A stretch of DNA of 64,000 nucleotides from an uncultured Actinomycetes bacterium (GCA_963785835.1 CAWAWO010000005.1:484657-548656); one strand, 5' to 3'; positions 10,335 to 21,163 are shown, counted from the first letter of the stretch. The notes: a model not told the origin generated them from the sequence alone. Program-made: numbers and translations.

Positions 10335-10856
10335 GTGGAGATCGAACAGCTGAAGGCGCTCGTCCGCGACGTGCCCGATTTCCCCCAGGAGGGGATCGTC
10401 TTCAAGGACATCACGCCGCTGCTCGCGGACGAGCTCGCGTTCTCGACGGTGATCGACCTGACCGTGGTGCACTTCGGTCGCGGCAACGTCGACAAGGTGG
10501 TGGGGATAGAGGCCCGCGGGTTCATCCTGGCGTCGCCGGTCGCGTATCACTTCGGCGCCGGGTTCGTGCCCGTCCGAAAGGTGGACAAGCTCCCCTGGGA
10601 GACCGAGTCCGCCGAGTACGAGCTCGAGTACGGGACGGCCACCCTCGAGATCCACCGGGACGCGGTCGCCGCGGGCGAGCGGGTGCTGATCGTCGACGAC
10701 GTGCTCGCGACAGGGGGGACCGCGAGGGCGACGGCCGAGCTCGTCGAACGCATCGGCGGCAAGGTCGTCGGCATCGCGTGCCTGATCGAGCTCGGGTTCC
10801 TGAACGGGCGGGACAAGCTCGAGGGATACGACCTGTTCACGCTGCTCCGCTACTAG
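10335..10856 (+). CDS. apt: Adenine phosphoribosyltransferase
   Basis: PDFPQEGIVFKDITPLL, GIEARGF, YELEYG, VDDVLATGGT. Confidence 0.97.
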   Translation: MEIEQLKALVRDVPDFPQEGIVFKDITPLLADELAFSTVIDLTVVHFGRGNVDKVVGIEARGFILASPVAYHFGAGFVPVRKVDKLPWETESAEYELEYGTATLEIHRDAVAAGERVLIVDDVLATGGTARATAELVERIGGKVVGIACLIELGFLNGRDKLEGYDLFTLLRY

Positions 10857-10924
10857 GCGGCCCCGACGCTCCGAGGCCGTCGCCGCCGCACCCGCGCGTA
10901 CACTCCCGGTGCGGAGGTGGGCTC

Positions 10925-13184
10925 GTGGACAGCGAGGAGCAGGTCAAGACCGAGCGTCGAGGCGGTCTGCTCTCGCGCCTTCGCCCCGGCGACTCCGAGC
11001 CGCGGGACGGGCTCGACGCGCTCGTCCGCACCGTCAAGGGGTACAACGCCAAGGCGGACTTCAAGGAGATCGAGCGGGCCTACCGGTTCGCCGCCGAGCA
11101 CCACGAGGGCCAGAAGCGCCTGTCGGGCGAGGAGTTCATCGAGCACCCGCTCGCCGTGGCGCAGATCCTGGCCGACCTCGGGCTCGACACGACGACGCTC
11201 GAGGCGGCGCTCCTGCACGACACGGTCGAGGACACCGACGTCACGGTCGACGGCCTGGAGGCCGAGTTCGGGCCCGAGGTGGCGCGGATCGTCGACGGGC
11301 TGACCAAGCTCGACGCGCTCTCGTTCCGCAGCCGCGAGCACGAGCAGGCGGAGAACGTCCGCAAGATGATCGTCGCGATGGCGGGCGACATCCGCGTGCT
11401 GCTGATCAAGCTCGCCGACCGACTCCACAACATGCGGACGCTCTCCGCGCTCCCTCCCGACAAGCAAGGGCGGATCGCGACCGCCACGCTCGAGATCTAC
11501 GCGCCGCTCGCGCACCGTCTCGGCGTTCAGCAGGTGAAGTGGGAGCTCGAGGATCTCTCGTTCAAGACGCTCCACCCTGGCCCGTACCGAGAGATCGCGA
11601 GCCTGGTCGAACGGCGCCGGGGCGAGCGGCAACAGTACGTCGACGCGGTGCTCGAGGCCGCCCGTACACGACTGCGGGAGTCCGGGGTCAAGGCGGAAGT
11701 CATCGGCCGCCCGAAGCACCTGTACTCGATCTACGAGAAGATGGTGATCGGCGGCAAAGAGTTCAACGAGATCTACGATCTCGCCGGCGTCCGGATCCTC
11801 GTCGCCTCGATCCGAGACGTTTATGGGGCGCTCGGCGCCGTACATTCCCTGTGGAAGCCCGTGCCCGGGCGCTTCAAGGACTACGTCGCGATGCCCAAGA
11901 ACAACATGTACCAGTCGTTGCATACGACCGTGGTCGGACCCCAGGGGCGCCCGATCGAGGTGCAGATCCGGACGAAGGACATGCACCGAACGGCCGAGTT
12001 CGGGATCGCGGCGCACTGGCGCTACAAGGAAGGACGCGACGGGAAGAAGGCGAAGGAGGCCGCCGACCTCGCGTGGCTCGGCCAGATGCTCGAATGGCTG
12101 AAGGACATGGCCGACCCCCGCGAGTTCATGGAGGGCCTGAAGATCGACCTGTACGGCGGCCAGGTCTTCTGCTTCACGCCGAAGGGCGACGTGCTGAACC
12201 TGCCGGCGGGTGCCACGCCGGTGGACTTCGCCTACTCGATCCACACCGAGGTCGGCCACCGGACGATCGGCGCGAAGGTGAACGGCAAGCTGGTGCCGCT
12301 CGACTACGAGCTTCGGACCGGCGACACGGTGGAGATCCTGACCTCGAAGGCGCAGGGCGAGGGACCCTCGCGCGACTGGCTGCGCTGGGTGAAGACGCCT
12401 CGAGCGCGCAACAAGATCCGACAGTGGTTCAGCCGCGAGCGCCGAGAGGACGCGCTCGAGGACGGGCGCGAGCAGCTCCAGCGCCTGATGCGCAAGCAGA
12501 ACGTCCCGCTCAAGCGGCTGGCCACCGAGGAGGCGCTCGAACAGCTCGCGGACGAGATGAAGTTCCCGAGTCTCGAGTCGCTCTACGTGGCGGTCGGGGA
12601 GGGGCACGTCTCGCCGCAGTCGATCGTCGCGCGCCTCGGACGGTCGCTCCAGGGCACGACCGAGGAGGACGTCACCGAGGTGCCGCTCGCGCGCCCGGTC
12701 CGCATCGGCGAGCCCACCGCCACCACCGACGTGACGTCGGGCGTGGAGGTCCCCGGGTCGGCGGACGTCTGGGTGCGGCTCGCCCGCTGCTGCACGCCGG
12801 TCCCCGGCGACGACATCCTGGGGTTCGTGACCCGCGGGCACGGGGGTGAGCGTCCACCGAACGGACTGCCCCAACGCGAAGTCGCTCCTCGCGCAGCCCG
12901 AACGGCTGATCGACGTCACGTGGCGTGCCGGCAAGCCGACTTCGTTCGTCGTCGCAGTGCAGGTCGATGCGCTGGACCGAACCCGGCTGCTCTCCGACGT
13001 CGCGACGGTCCTGTCGGACCATCACGTGAACATCCTCTCCGCCACCACCGCCGTCGGCCGGGACCACACGACGACGCTACGGTTCACGTTCGAGCTCGGC
13101 GACATCGCGCACCTCACCGAGATCCTGGGAGCGATCAAGAAGGTCGAGAACGTCTACGACGCGTTCCGCGTCGTCCCGCGTTGA
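10925..13184 (+). CDS. relA: Bifunctional (p)ppGpp synthetase/hydrolase Rel (one extra G near 12842-12846)
   Basis: HD domain (ALLHDTVED), RFKDY, YQSLHT, TGS, ZFD (RCCTPVPGD), ACT domain in the shifted frame; GGAGG RBS upstream. Confidence 0.95.
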
Positions 13185-13209
13185 GGGTCGTTCCGAGGGT
13201 CGTTCGGCG

Positions 13210-13653
13210 TTGAGGATCCTGCTCCAGCGGGTCGCCCGCGCTTCCGTCACGGTCCGGGGCGATCTCGTCGCCGAGATCGGTTCGGGGTTCCTGCTCCTGG
13301 TGGGCGTCGGGAAGGACGACGGGTTCGGCGAGTACGACCGTCTGGCCGAGAAGGTCCACAACCTCCGGGTCTTCGAGGACGAGCAGGGCAAGATGAACCG
13401 GTCGCTGTCCGATGTCGGGGGCGAGATCCTCGTCGTTCCGCAGTTCACGCTGTACGGCGACGTTCGCAAGGGACGCAGGCCGTCGTGGGACGGTGCCGCG
13501 CCACCCAAGATCGCCGAGGACCGGGTTGAGGCGTTCGCGAAGGCGCTCGAAAGCCGCGGGGCGACGGTCAAGCGCGGGGCGTTTCGCGAGCACATGCAGG
13601 TGGAGCTCGTGAACGACGGCCCCGTCACGCTCTGGATCGACGCTCAGGATTAA
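13210..13653 (+). CDS. dtd: D-aminoacyl-tRNA deacylase
   Basis: LQRV, LRVFEDEQGKMN, QFTLYGD, NDGPVT. Confidence 0.96.
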   Translation: MRILLQRVARASVTVRGDLVAEIGSGFLLLVGVGKDDGFGEYDRLAEKVHNLRVFEDEQGKMNRSLSDVGGEILVVPQFTLYGDVRKGRRPSWDGAAPPKIAEDRVEAFAKALESRGATVKRGAFREHMQVELVNDGPVTLWIDAQD

Positions 13654-13673
13654 CGATTCGTTACTCGTCGAAC

Positions 13674-14207
13674 TCATAGATCGTCCTGCCACAGAATGGA
13701 CTCGTCCCCCGCCAAGAGTTCGATGACCGCGCTCGAGTCGGCTGTTGGCCGCGAGGTCACGAAAAGCACCACGCCCTGGTCGACGTCGTCGACGAGCACG
13801 GTTCCCTTCGTGCGAAGCCGAGCCGAGGCGGCGCGCTCGGATCCAGACCCGGCCACGCGGCCTCAGATCCCCAGACCGTGATCACCCCAACAACCGGCAT
13901 AGTTGATCCAGGGCCTGTCTCGTTCAGGGTCGGTGCCGTTGCCTCCAGCCCCGCCGCGAACCCGCCATGATCCATCGTCTTCTTCGATGAGCCGAACGAC
14001 CAGAACCAGGGGCGTGCCAGCCGTGTCCTGAAAGGTGGCCGCGTGGATCTGGCTACCTGGGATGGCTCGACGCTTCACTATCCTCATCGACGAGAGCACG
14101 GGTGGGGATGAGGGCCAGCCTCGTCCCGGCTCACTACCGGTGGGCTCCGGTTGCCCTGCCTCGCCCATCGCGTAAAGCCACTCCTTGACCGCACGCCGGG
14201 GCTTCAC
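13674..14207 (-). pseudogene. Hypothetical protein interrupted by one in-frame TGA at 13863-13865
   Basis: ORFs 13863..14387 and 13674..13856 share a frame (GLGI*GRVAG); GGAGGAG RBS before the GTG at 14207. Confidence 0.5.
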
Positions 14208-14601
14208 CCGGTTCTCCTCCAGCCTCCCTAACTCCGTGCGCGTCGCACGCCTGCTTGCCGATCGCACGACCGAGCTGCCCGCGATGGGCTGCCACCCATC
14301 GATATGCGCTCTCGGTCGCGGAGGGCGCGAGTGCAGCCAATGTCGCGAGCGGAACGCCACCCGGCAGCAAACGGAGCAGGGGCGCAACCGCGGCGCCGCC
14401 CGACCGCACGTGTGCGTTCGTCACAAGATGCCACGACGCAATCCTGCGCTCTTGGCTCAGGCCGGGCAGGAGGTCGTCCGCTTCGGTGGCCTGCAATGGA
14501 ACGGCGCGCAGCCGTCGCCCCCGGTTCCAGGCCATGATCTTCGACACGCACCAGCGGCAGAACCCACAATCAGCGTCGTACAGAAGCACCGCAGTGTCCA
14601 C
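14134..14601 (-). CDS. DCC1-like (DUF393) thiol-disulfide oxidoreductase family protein
   Basis: LLYDADCGFCRWCV, SWHLV, AYRWVAAHR; 3' end uncertain. Confidence 0.85.
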   Translation of the reverse strand: MDTAVLLYDADCGFCRWCVSKIMAWNRGRRLRAVPLQATEADDLLPGLSQERRIASWHLVTNAHVRSGGAAVAPLLRLLPGGVPLATLAALAPSATESAYRWVAAHRGQLGRAIGKQACDAHGVREAGGEPGEAPACGQGVALRDGRGRATGAHR

Positions 14602-14643
14602 CTCGACAGGGTACGGCCGAAGGGAGGACCTCCGAGGCCGGGG

Positions 14644-14907
14644 CTAGATCAGACGGGCCTGGTTCTTTGCAGCCCTGCGGCTCCGGCTCGGGACCTGCGG
14701 AGCCGGGTGCTCGACGAGCGCGACCACGCGGTCGGCCATGAACCGGCCGCTGCGGACCGGGGCGCCGCTCCTGGTCACCTCGGTGACCTCGATCACCCCG
14801 CGCGACGTGCCGACCTCGACCCGTCGACCCGCCTTGGTGGCCTCGATCTCGTACGTGAGCACTCCCGCACCCGAGTCCACGACGATCTCCACGCGGTCGC
14901 CCCGCAT
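14644..14907 (-). CDS. Small conserved-looking hypothetical protein (87 aa)
   Basis: MRGDRVEIVVDSGAGVLTYEIEATKAGRRVEV...; host-like codon use; TAGGCT 7 nt upstream. Confidence 0.7.
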   Translation of the reverse strand: MRGDRVEIVVDSGAGVLTYEIEATKAGRRVEVGTSRGVIEVTEVTRSGAPVRSGRFMADRVVALVEHPAPQVPSRSRRAAKNQARLI

Positions 14908-14992
14908 GTCCGGCAGCCTACCCGTCCGGGCCGACATCGGGTCTCCCGGGCCGGGTGGGTGGGGCCAGGTGGCTGGATAGACTCTCCGCGCG

Positions 14993-15625
14993 ATGTACCT
15001 GGACGTCTTCTCCGACAACTCGTTCGAGACGAACTGCTGGTTGATCGCGGCCGACGGCACGGACGAGGCCGTCGTCGTCGACCCCGGCTTCTCGCCCGGC
15101 CGCGTGCGCGCGATGCTCGAGACCGAGGGCAAGCGTCCGGTCGCTGTGCTCGCCACCCACGGCCACTTCGATCACATCGGTGCGGCGGACGAGTTCTGCG
15201 GCGACGACCTGCCGTTCCATATCCACGAGGCCGACGTCCAGGCGCTCACCGACCCGAACGCGTGGGGGGCGAGCAGGGATCTCCCGCCCGTCCCGGTCAA
15301 GGACGTCCGAACGCTGTCCGACGGCGACGTGCTCACGTTCGCGGGCTTCCGGATCGAGGTGCTCCACACCCCCGGCCACACGCCGGGGAGCGTGGTCTAC
15401 CGGACCGACGGCTGGGTGCTCTCGGGCGACCTCGTGTTCGCGGGCTCGGTCGGTCGCAGCGACTTCCCGAACTCGAGCCCGCCGGACATGCAACGCAGCC
15501 TCCGCCGGTTCCTCGAGCTGCCGGGCGGGCTCGACGTGCTTCCCGGCCACGGCCCCCGAACGACGGTCGAGCGCGAGCGGGCGACCAACCCGTTCCTCCA
15601 GGCGGGGGGCTACCGCTCGCGATGA
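14993..15625 (+). CDS. MBL-fold metallo-hydrolase (glyoxalase II-like)
   Basis: THGHFDH, HTPGHTPG, SGD, PGHG; usual position before hisS. Confidence 0.93.
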   Translation: MYLDVFSDNSFETNCWLIAADGTDEAVVVDPGFSPGRVRAMLETEGKRPVAVLATHGHFDHIGAADEFCGDDLPFHIHEADVQALTDPNAWGASRDLPPVPVKDVRTLSDGDVLTFAGFRIEVLHTPGHTPGSVVYRTDGWVLSGDLVFAGSVGRSDFPNSSPPDMQRSLRRFLELPGGLDVLPGHGPRTTVERERATNPFLQAGGYRSR

Positions 15626-15671
15626 CCGCTCGCTCCTTGAGCCCCCCGCGCCCCCTGCAGGACCTCTGAGC

Positions 15672-16946
15672 GTGGAGCTGCAACCGCCGCGCGGCACCTC
15701 CGACCTCCTCCCGCCGGATTCCGAAACGATGCTCGGTCTGTACGAAGCGGCCCACCGCCTCGCGAGGCTCTACGGGTTCCGGTTCGTGGAGACGCCCACG
15801 TTCGAGCACACGGAGCTGTTCGCGCGGACCTCCGGTGAGACCTCCGACGTCGTCACGAAGGAGATGTACACGTTCGAGGACAAGGGTGGGCGGTCGCTCA
15901 CGCTCCGACCCGAACAGACCGCGAGCATCGTGCGCGCCTACCTCGACCACGCGCAGGAGCTGCCCACGCCGTTCAAGGCGTACCACGTCTCGCCTCAGTT
16001 CCGTCACGGGCGGCCCCAGGCCGGGCGCCTGCGTGAGTTCCGCCAGTTCGGGATCGAGACGATCGGCGTGGCGGCCGCCGCTGCGGACGTCGAGGTGATC
16101 GCCGTCGGGGATCGGTTCCTCCGCGGCCGCGGGCTCGCTGACCTGGAGCTGCGGATCAACTCGATCGGGGACGCGGAGTGCCGGCCGGCCTACCGCGAAC
16201 GCCTGATCGCGTACCTCGAACCCCACCAGGCCGAGTTGGACGAGGACTGCCGGACACGACTCCGGACGAATCCGCTTCGCGTGTTCGACTGCAAGGTGGA
16301 CGGGCCGACCCCGCTCATCCAGGAGGCGCCGGTCATCTCCGACCATCTCTGTCAGGCGTGCGCCGAGCACTTCGCCGCGACTCGCAATGGGCTCGACGCG
16401 CTCGGGGTCGCGTTCGTCCACGATCCGCGGCTGGTCCGAGGGCTCGACTACTACACGCGCACCGCGTTCGAGTTCGTCTCGGGCTCGCTCAGCCAGGCGC
16501 AGGCCACGGTCTGCGGCGGCGGACGGTACGACGGGCTCGCCGAGGTGCTCGGAGGCGCCCCGACCCCCGGCGTGGGGTTCGCGCTCGGCCTCGATCGCAC
16601 GCTCGTCGCGCTCGAGGCCGAGGGTGCGGAACTCTCGGGCGAACGCGGAGTAGCGTGCTTCGTCGTGGCGATCGGGTCCGAGACCGCCGAGGTCGCCGCG
16701 CGGCTCGTCGAGGAACTCCGGACGTCGGGGATCCCGGTGGACACTGCGTACGAGGATCGCCCGCTGAAGGCGCAGCTGAAGATGGCCGACCGATCGGGTG
16801 CTGCGTACGCGGTGATCCTCGGCGAGCGAGAGATCGAGGCGGGCGTCGCCACGCTCCGACGTCTGGCGGACGGCGAGCAGGACGAAGTGCCGATCGGCGA
16901 TGTGGTGAACTGGCTGTCCCGAACCGACTGGGCGGCAGAACGATGA
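15672..16946 (+). CDS. hisS: Histidine--tRNA ligase
   Basis: PRGTSDLLP, KEMYTF, LRPEQTA, RGLDYYTRTAFE, GGGRYDGL. Confidence 0.97.
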   Translation: MELQPPRGTSDLLPPDSETMLGLYEAAHRLARLYGFRFVETPTFEHTELFARTSGETSDVVTKEMYTFEDKGGRSLTLRPEQTASIVRAYLDHAQELPTPFKAYHVSPQFRHGRPQAGRLREFRQFGIETIGVAAAAADVEVIAVGDRFLRGRGLADLELRINSIGDAECRPAYRERLIAYLEPHQAELDEDCRTRLRTNPLRVFDCKVDGPTPLIQEAPVISDHLCQACAEHFAATRNGLDALGVAFVHDPRLVRGLDYYTRTAFEFVSGSLSQAQATVCGGGRYDGLAEVLGGAPTPGVGFALGLDRTLVALEAEGAELSGERGVACFVVAIGSETAEVAARLVEELRTSGIPVDTAYEDRPLKAQLKMADRSGAAYAVILGEREIEAGVATLRRLADGEQDEVPIGDVVNWLSRTDWAAER

Positions 16947-18763
16947 GCGACCTGCGCACGGGTGGCACCTCTGTGAACCTGCGAACCGCGATGCGAACGC
17001 ACGCGTGCGGCGACCTGCGCGCCGCCGACGTCGGCGCCTCGGTCTCGCTGTGCGGATGGGTCTGGCGCCGGCGCGACCACGGCGGCGTGACGTTCGTCGA
17101 CCTCCGCGACCGGCGGGGGCTCGTGCAGCTCGTGTTCCATCCCGAGGAAGCGTCGGACGCCCATGCCGCCGCGCAACATCTCGGTTCGGAGACCGTGATC
17201 CGGGTCACCGGCGAGGTGCGGGAACGCCCACCGGGCACGGTGAACCCCGAGCTTCCGACCGGCGAGGTCGAGGTGGCCGTGTCCGAGCTCGAGGTCCTCT
17301 CCGAGTCCGAGACGCCGCCGTTCGTGATCGAGGATCGGATCGAGGCCTCCGAGGAGCTCCGGCTCCGGTATCGGTACCTGGACCTGCGGCGCCCCGAGAT
17401 GACCAAGGTGCTCGCGCTCCGGCACACGATCAACCGGATCATCCGCGAGGAGATGGAGGCGGCCGGGTTCCTCGAGGTCGAGACGCCGATCCTGGGACGG
17501 AGCACGCCCGAAGGCGCCCGCGACTTCCTCGTCCCGTCCCGCTTCTGGCCGGGGACGTTCTACGCGCTCCCGCAGTCCCCACAGCAGCTGAAGCAGCTGT
17601 TGATGGTGGCCGGGCAGGACCGCTACTACCAGATCGTCCGCTGCCTGCGTGACGAGCAGCCGCGGGCCGATCGCAGCTTCGAGTTCACGCAGCTCGACGT
17701 GGAGATGTCGTTCGTGGATCAGGAGGACGTGTTCGCGGTGATCGAACCGCTGTACGCGCGGGTCGTACGCCAGACCCAGGGCGTCGAGATCGAGACCCCG
17801 TTCCCCCGGATGACGCACGAGGAGATGCTGTCGCGGTTCGGAACCGACAAGGCGGACCTGCGGTACGGGATGGAGCTGTCCGAGCTCGGCGAGGTCTTCT
17901 CGGGAACGGGCTTCCGGGCCTTCGCGTCCGTGCTCGCGGAGGGCGGACTCGTGAAGGGGTTCGCGGCACCCGGCGGCGCCGAGCTCTCACGCAAGGAGCT
18001 CGACGACCTCGTCCAGGTCGCGAAGTCGCGGGGGGCGGCCGGACTCGTCTGGATCGCGGTCGAGGCCGACGGTGTCCGCTCGCCGGTCGAGAAGCACCTT
18101 TCGACCGAGGAGATCGACGGCGTCCGACGGTCGACCGGCGCGGGACCGGGCGACCTGCTCCTGATCGTGGCCGACCGGCCAGATCGCACCAACGTGGCGC
18201 TCGACGGTCTTCGGCGTCATCTCGCCGACCGGCTCGGCCTCGTCCCCGAGGGCGACTGGCGGTTCTGCTGGCTCGTGGACCCACCGCTGTTCGAGTGGAG
18301 CGAGGACGAGGGCAAGTGGGCTTCGTCCCACCACCCGTTCACCGCGCCGGCGTCCGACGATCTCGATCCGGAGACCGCGACGTCGCGCGGGTACGACCTC
18401 ATCCTGAACGGCTACGAGGTGGGCGGAGGGAGCATCCGGATCCACCGTCCGGACGTGCAGCACCGGGTGTTCGAGGTCCTCGGCCTGTCCGACGAGGAGA
18501 TCCAGGAGAAGTTCGGGCACCTGCTGACCGCGTTCGGGTACGGGGTGCCCCCGCACGGGGGGATCGCGATGGGGATCGACCGGCTGGTCATGCTGATGGC
18601 GGGCAAGGACACGATCCGCGACGTGACGGCGTTCCCCAAGGCACAGTCGGGGGCGGATCCGCTCACCGGGGCGCCCGCGCACGCGTCCGAGGAGCAGCTC
18701 CGTGAGCTCGGCATCGCGGTGACGGTGAAGGAGCACGAGGAGGCGAGCGCCGGCGATGGTTGA
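16943..18763 (+). CDS. aspS: Aspartate--tRNA ligase (probably non-discriminating, RDHGG)
   Basis: RTHACG, RDHGG, TPEGARDFLVP, LPQSPQQLKQLLM, PPHGGIAMGIDR. Confidence 0.97.
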   Translation: MSDLRTGGTSVNLRTAMRTHACGDLRAADVGASVSLCGWVWRRRDHGGVTFVDLRDRRGLVQLVFHPEEASDAHAAAQHLGSETVIRVTGEVRERPPGTVNPELPTGEVEVAVSELEVLSESETPPFVIEDRIEASEELRLRYRYLDLRRPEMTKVLALRHTINRIIREEMEAAGFLEVETPILGRSTPEGARDFLVPSRFWPGTFYALPQSPQQLKQLLMVAGQDRYYQIVRCLRDEQPRADRSFEFTQLDVEMSFVDQEDVFAVIEPLYARVVRQTQGVEIETPFPRMTHEEMLSRFGTDKADLRYGMELSELGEVFSGTGFRAFASVLAEGGLVKGFAAPGGAELSRKELDDLVQVAKSRGAAGLVWIAVEADGVRSPVEKHLSTEEIDGVRRSTGAGPGDLLLIVADRPDRTNVALDGLRRHLADRLGLVPEGDWRFCWLVDPPLFEWSEDEGKWASSHHPFTAPASDDLDPETATSRGYDLILNGYEVGGGSIRIHRPDVQHRVFEVLGLSDEEIQEKFGHLLTAFGYGVPPHGGIAMGIDRLVMLMAGKDTIRDVTAFPKAQSGADPLTGAPAHASEEQLRELGIAVTVKEHEEASAGDG

Positions 18764-19151
18764 GCTCACCGAGGAGGACCTCGAGATGCTCACGGGAACG
18801 AACTTCGCGACGTTCGTCACCGTGAACCCCAACGGCACGCCGCACGCGACGATCACGTGGGTCGACGCCGTGGACGGTCACGTCCTCGTCAACACGGCGA
18901 AGGGACGCGTGAAGCACCGGAACAGCGAGGCCAACCCTCGTGTCGCGATCTCGATCATGAACGGCGGCGACGCCTACGACTGGATCTCGATCTCGGGCAC
19001 GGTGGTTCGGTTCGAGTCCGGCGAGCGCGCCGAGCGGCACATCGACGAGCTCTCGCACCGGTACGACGGGCACGGCTACTCGTACACGCCGGGTCAGGAG
19101 CGCGAGATCCTGTGGATCCGCCCCCGGCGCGTCATCCGCTACAAGGACTGA
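18756..19151 (+). CDS. PPOX-class F420-dependent oxidoreductase family protein
   Basis: TVNPNGTPHATITWVD, NTAKGRVKHRN..ANPRVAIS. Confidence 0.85.
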   Translation: MVELTEEDLEMLTGTNFATFVTVNPNGTPHATITWVDAVDGHVLVNTAKGRVKHRNSEANPRVAISIMNGGDAYDWISISGTVVRFESGERAERHIDELSHRYDGHGYSYTPGQEREILWIRPRRVIRYKD

Positions 19152-19158
19152 CCAGTAG

Positions 19159-20454
19159 ATGGCCGACGTCCCCCTCGCGGCGCGGCTGCGGCCCAGGACG
19201 TTCGACGAGTTCGTGGGCCAAACCCATCTGATCGGGCCGGGGAAGGCGCTCACCCAACTCCTCGAGGGCGGACACCTCCCCTCGATCGTGCTCTGGGGCC
19301 CGGCGGGAACGGGCAAGACCACCCTCGCCTACCTGCTGGCCGATGCGGTGGGAGGGGAGCTCGTGCAGCTCTCCGCCGTCTCGTCCGGCGTCGCGGATGC
19401 GCGCAAGGTGATCGAACAGGCCAAGGGCGCCCTGTTCCGGACGGTGCTGTTCGTCGACGAGGTGCACCGGTGGTCCAAGGCGCAGCAGGACGTGCTGCTC
19501 CCCGCGGTGGAGGAGGGGACGGTCACGCTGATCGGGGCGACGACGGAGAACCCGTACTTCTCGCTGGTCACGCCGCTGCTCTCGCGGTGCATCCTCATGC
19601 AGCTCGAGCCGCTCGGCGCCGACGAGATGCGGAGCCTGCTCGAGCGCGCCCTCACCGACGAGGACCGGGGCCTCGGCAAGCAGGGCGTCGAGGTTGCCGA
19701 GGAGGCGCTCGACCACCTCGTGGACATCGCCGGCGGCGACGCGAGGATCGCGCTCACCGGGCTCGAGGCGGCGGTACTCGCGGCGCGCTCCGCCGGTGAG
19801 GAGTCGGTCACACTCGAGCGCGCGGCCGACGCCGCGCAGAAGAAGGCGATCGTCTACGACCGCCAGGGGGACGCGCACTACGACGTGATCTCCGCGTTCA
19901 TCAAGAGCATCCGGGGCTCGGACCCGGACGCGGCCCTGTTCTGGCTCGCGAGGATGCTCGAGGCGGGAGAGGACGCGCGGTACATCGCGCGACGGATGGT
20001 CGTGCACGCGAGCGAGGACATCGGGCTCGCGGACCCGCGGGCGTTGCTCGTCGCCGTCGCGGCCGCGCAGGCGGTCGAGTTCGTCGGGCTGCCCGAGGCC
20101 CAGCTGAACCTGGCCGAGGCCGCCATCTACCTCGCCCGAGCGCCGAAGTCCAACAGCGTGATCTCGGCGCTCGGCCGCGCGACGAAGGACGCGCGGTCGG
20201 CCGACCCCGTGCCGCTGCACCTCAAGGAACCGTCGGGCCACCCCGGCCTGAAGAAGCTCGGCTACGGCAAGGAGTACCGGTACCCCCACGACTACCCGGG
20301 GCACCGGGTCGACCAGCAGTACCGACCGACGCGCTTCGAGGGTGCGCACTACTACGAGGCCTCGGGCGAAGGTGAGGAGACCGAGCCGCTGAGTGAGGGG
20401 GAGGAGGCCGAGCCGCCGAGCGACGAACCCTCGGGCTCGGCGCCCTCGATATGA
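19159..20454 (+). CDS. rarA: Replication-associated recombination protein A
   Basis: PLAARLRP, WGPAGTGKTT, GATTENP, HYDVISAFIKSIRGSDPDAA, EDIGLADP. Confidence 0.96.
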   Translation: MADVPLAARLRPRTFDEFVGQTHLIGPGKALTQLLEGGHLPSIVLWGPAGTGKTTLAYLLADAVGGELVQLSAVSSGVADARKVIEQAKGALFRTVLFVDEVHRWSKAQQDVLLPAVEEGTVTLIGATTENPYFSLVTPLLSRCILMQLEPLGADEMRSLLERALTDEDRGLGKQGVEVAEEALDHLVDIAGGDARIALTGLEAAVLAARSAGEESVTLERAADAAQKKAIVYDRQGDAHYDVISAFIKSIRGSDPDAALFWLARMLEAGEDARYIARRMVVHASEDIGLADPRALLVAVAAAQAVEFVGLPEAQLNLAEAAIYLARAPKSNSVISALGRATKDARSADPVPLHLKEPSGHPGLKKLGYGKEYRYPHDYPGHRVDQQYRPTRFEGAHYYEASGEGEETEPLSEGEEAEPPSDEPSGSAPSI

Positions 20455-20488
20455 TGCCCGCACCCCAGCCCGAAGGAGGAGCAGCCAC

Positions 20489-20878
20489 GTGGTGATCGCC
20501 GCGCTCGACGGAGGAGACATCGCGCTCATCGTGCTTTCGGCCTTCTGGGGACTCCTGGTCCTGTTCCTGTGCATCGTGCTCATCAACACGTTCCGCGTGC
20601 TCGAGAGCACGAAGATGATCATCGACGCGATGCGCGAAGAGACGATTCCGCTGCTGCGGGAGGTCAAGGGCTCGGTCGAACGCACGAACCGCGAGCTCGA
20701 CCGGGTGGACGGGATGCTCGAGGCCACGAACGAGATCGTCGGACGCGTCCGGCGGATCTCGGGACTGGTCGAGCAGGCCGTGTCGGGCCCGCTCGTCAAG
20801 ATCATCTCGGTCGGGGCGGGACTGCGGAAAGCGTCGAGCCGGTTCGGCGGCACGCGCGGCGCCAAAGGTCGTTCGTGA
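20489..20878 (+). CDS. DUF948 family membrane protein
   Basis: N-terminal TM (IALIVLSAFWGLLVLFL) then coiled coil; GGAGGA RBS; typical position before alaS. Confidence 0.8.
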   Translation: MVIAALDGGDIALIVLSAFWGLLVLFLCIVLINTFRVLESTKMIIDAMREETIPLLREVKGSVERTNRELDRVDGMLEATNEIVGRVRRISGLVEQAVSGPLVKIISVGAGLRKASSRFGGTRGAKGRS

Positions 20879-21150
20879 GGCGTCTGTTCTGGCTGGCGCT
20901 CGGCCTGGGCGCCGGGGCGGCGACCGCGATCATGTCGGCTCGCTTCCTCCGCCGCCAGCGACAGAAGGTGGCTCCGGCGAAGCTCGCGCGCGAGGCCCGA
21001 GGCGGCATGCTGGATCTCGCGAAGCTCGTCTCCGGATCCATCGAAGAGGGCAAGCAGGCGATGCGGGAGCGGGAAGAGGAACTGCGGCGGCAAGGCCTAG
21101 TCGAGGGATCGACGGCGGGCCGAACGGGTCGGACGGGAGCCTCCGGGTAG
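20875..21150 (+). CDS. Small membrane-anchored hypothetical protein
   Basis: MRRLFWLALGLGAGA...AMREREEELR; GTGA coupling; conserved slot before actinobacterial alaS. Confidence 0.75.
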   Translation: MRRLFWLALGLGAGAATAIMSARFLRRQRQKVAPAKLAREARGGMLDLAKLVSGSIEEGKQAMREREEELRRQGLVEGSTAGRTGRTGASG

Positions 21151-21163
21151 ACTCGCCTTCCCG

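Noticed and set aside
12835-12850. relA frameshift as programmed frameshifting or pseudogenisation
   Set aside because: One extra G in a G run; removing it restores RGHGVSVHR. Same pattern as the other indels in the window, typical of long-read consensus error.
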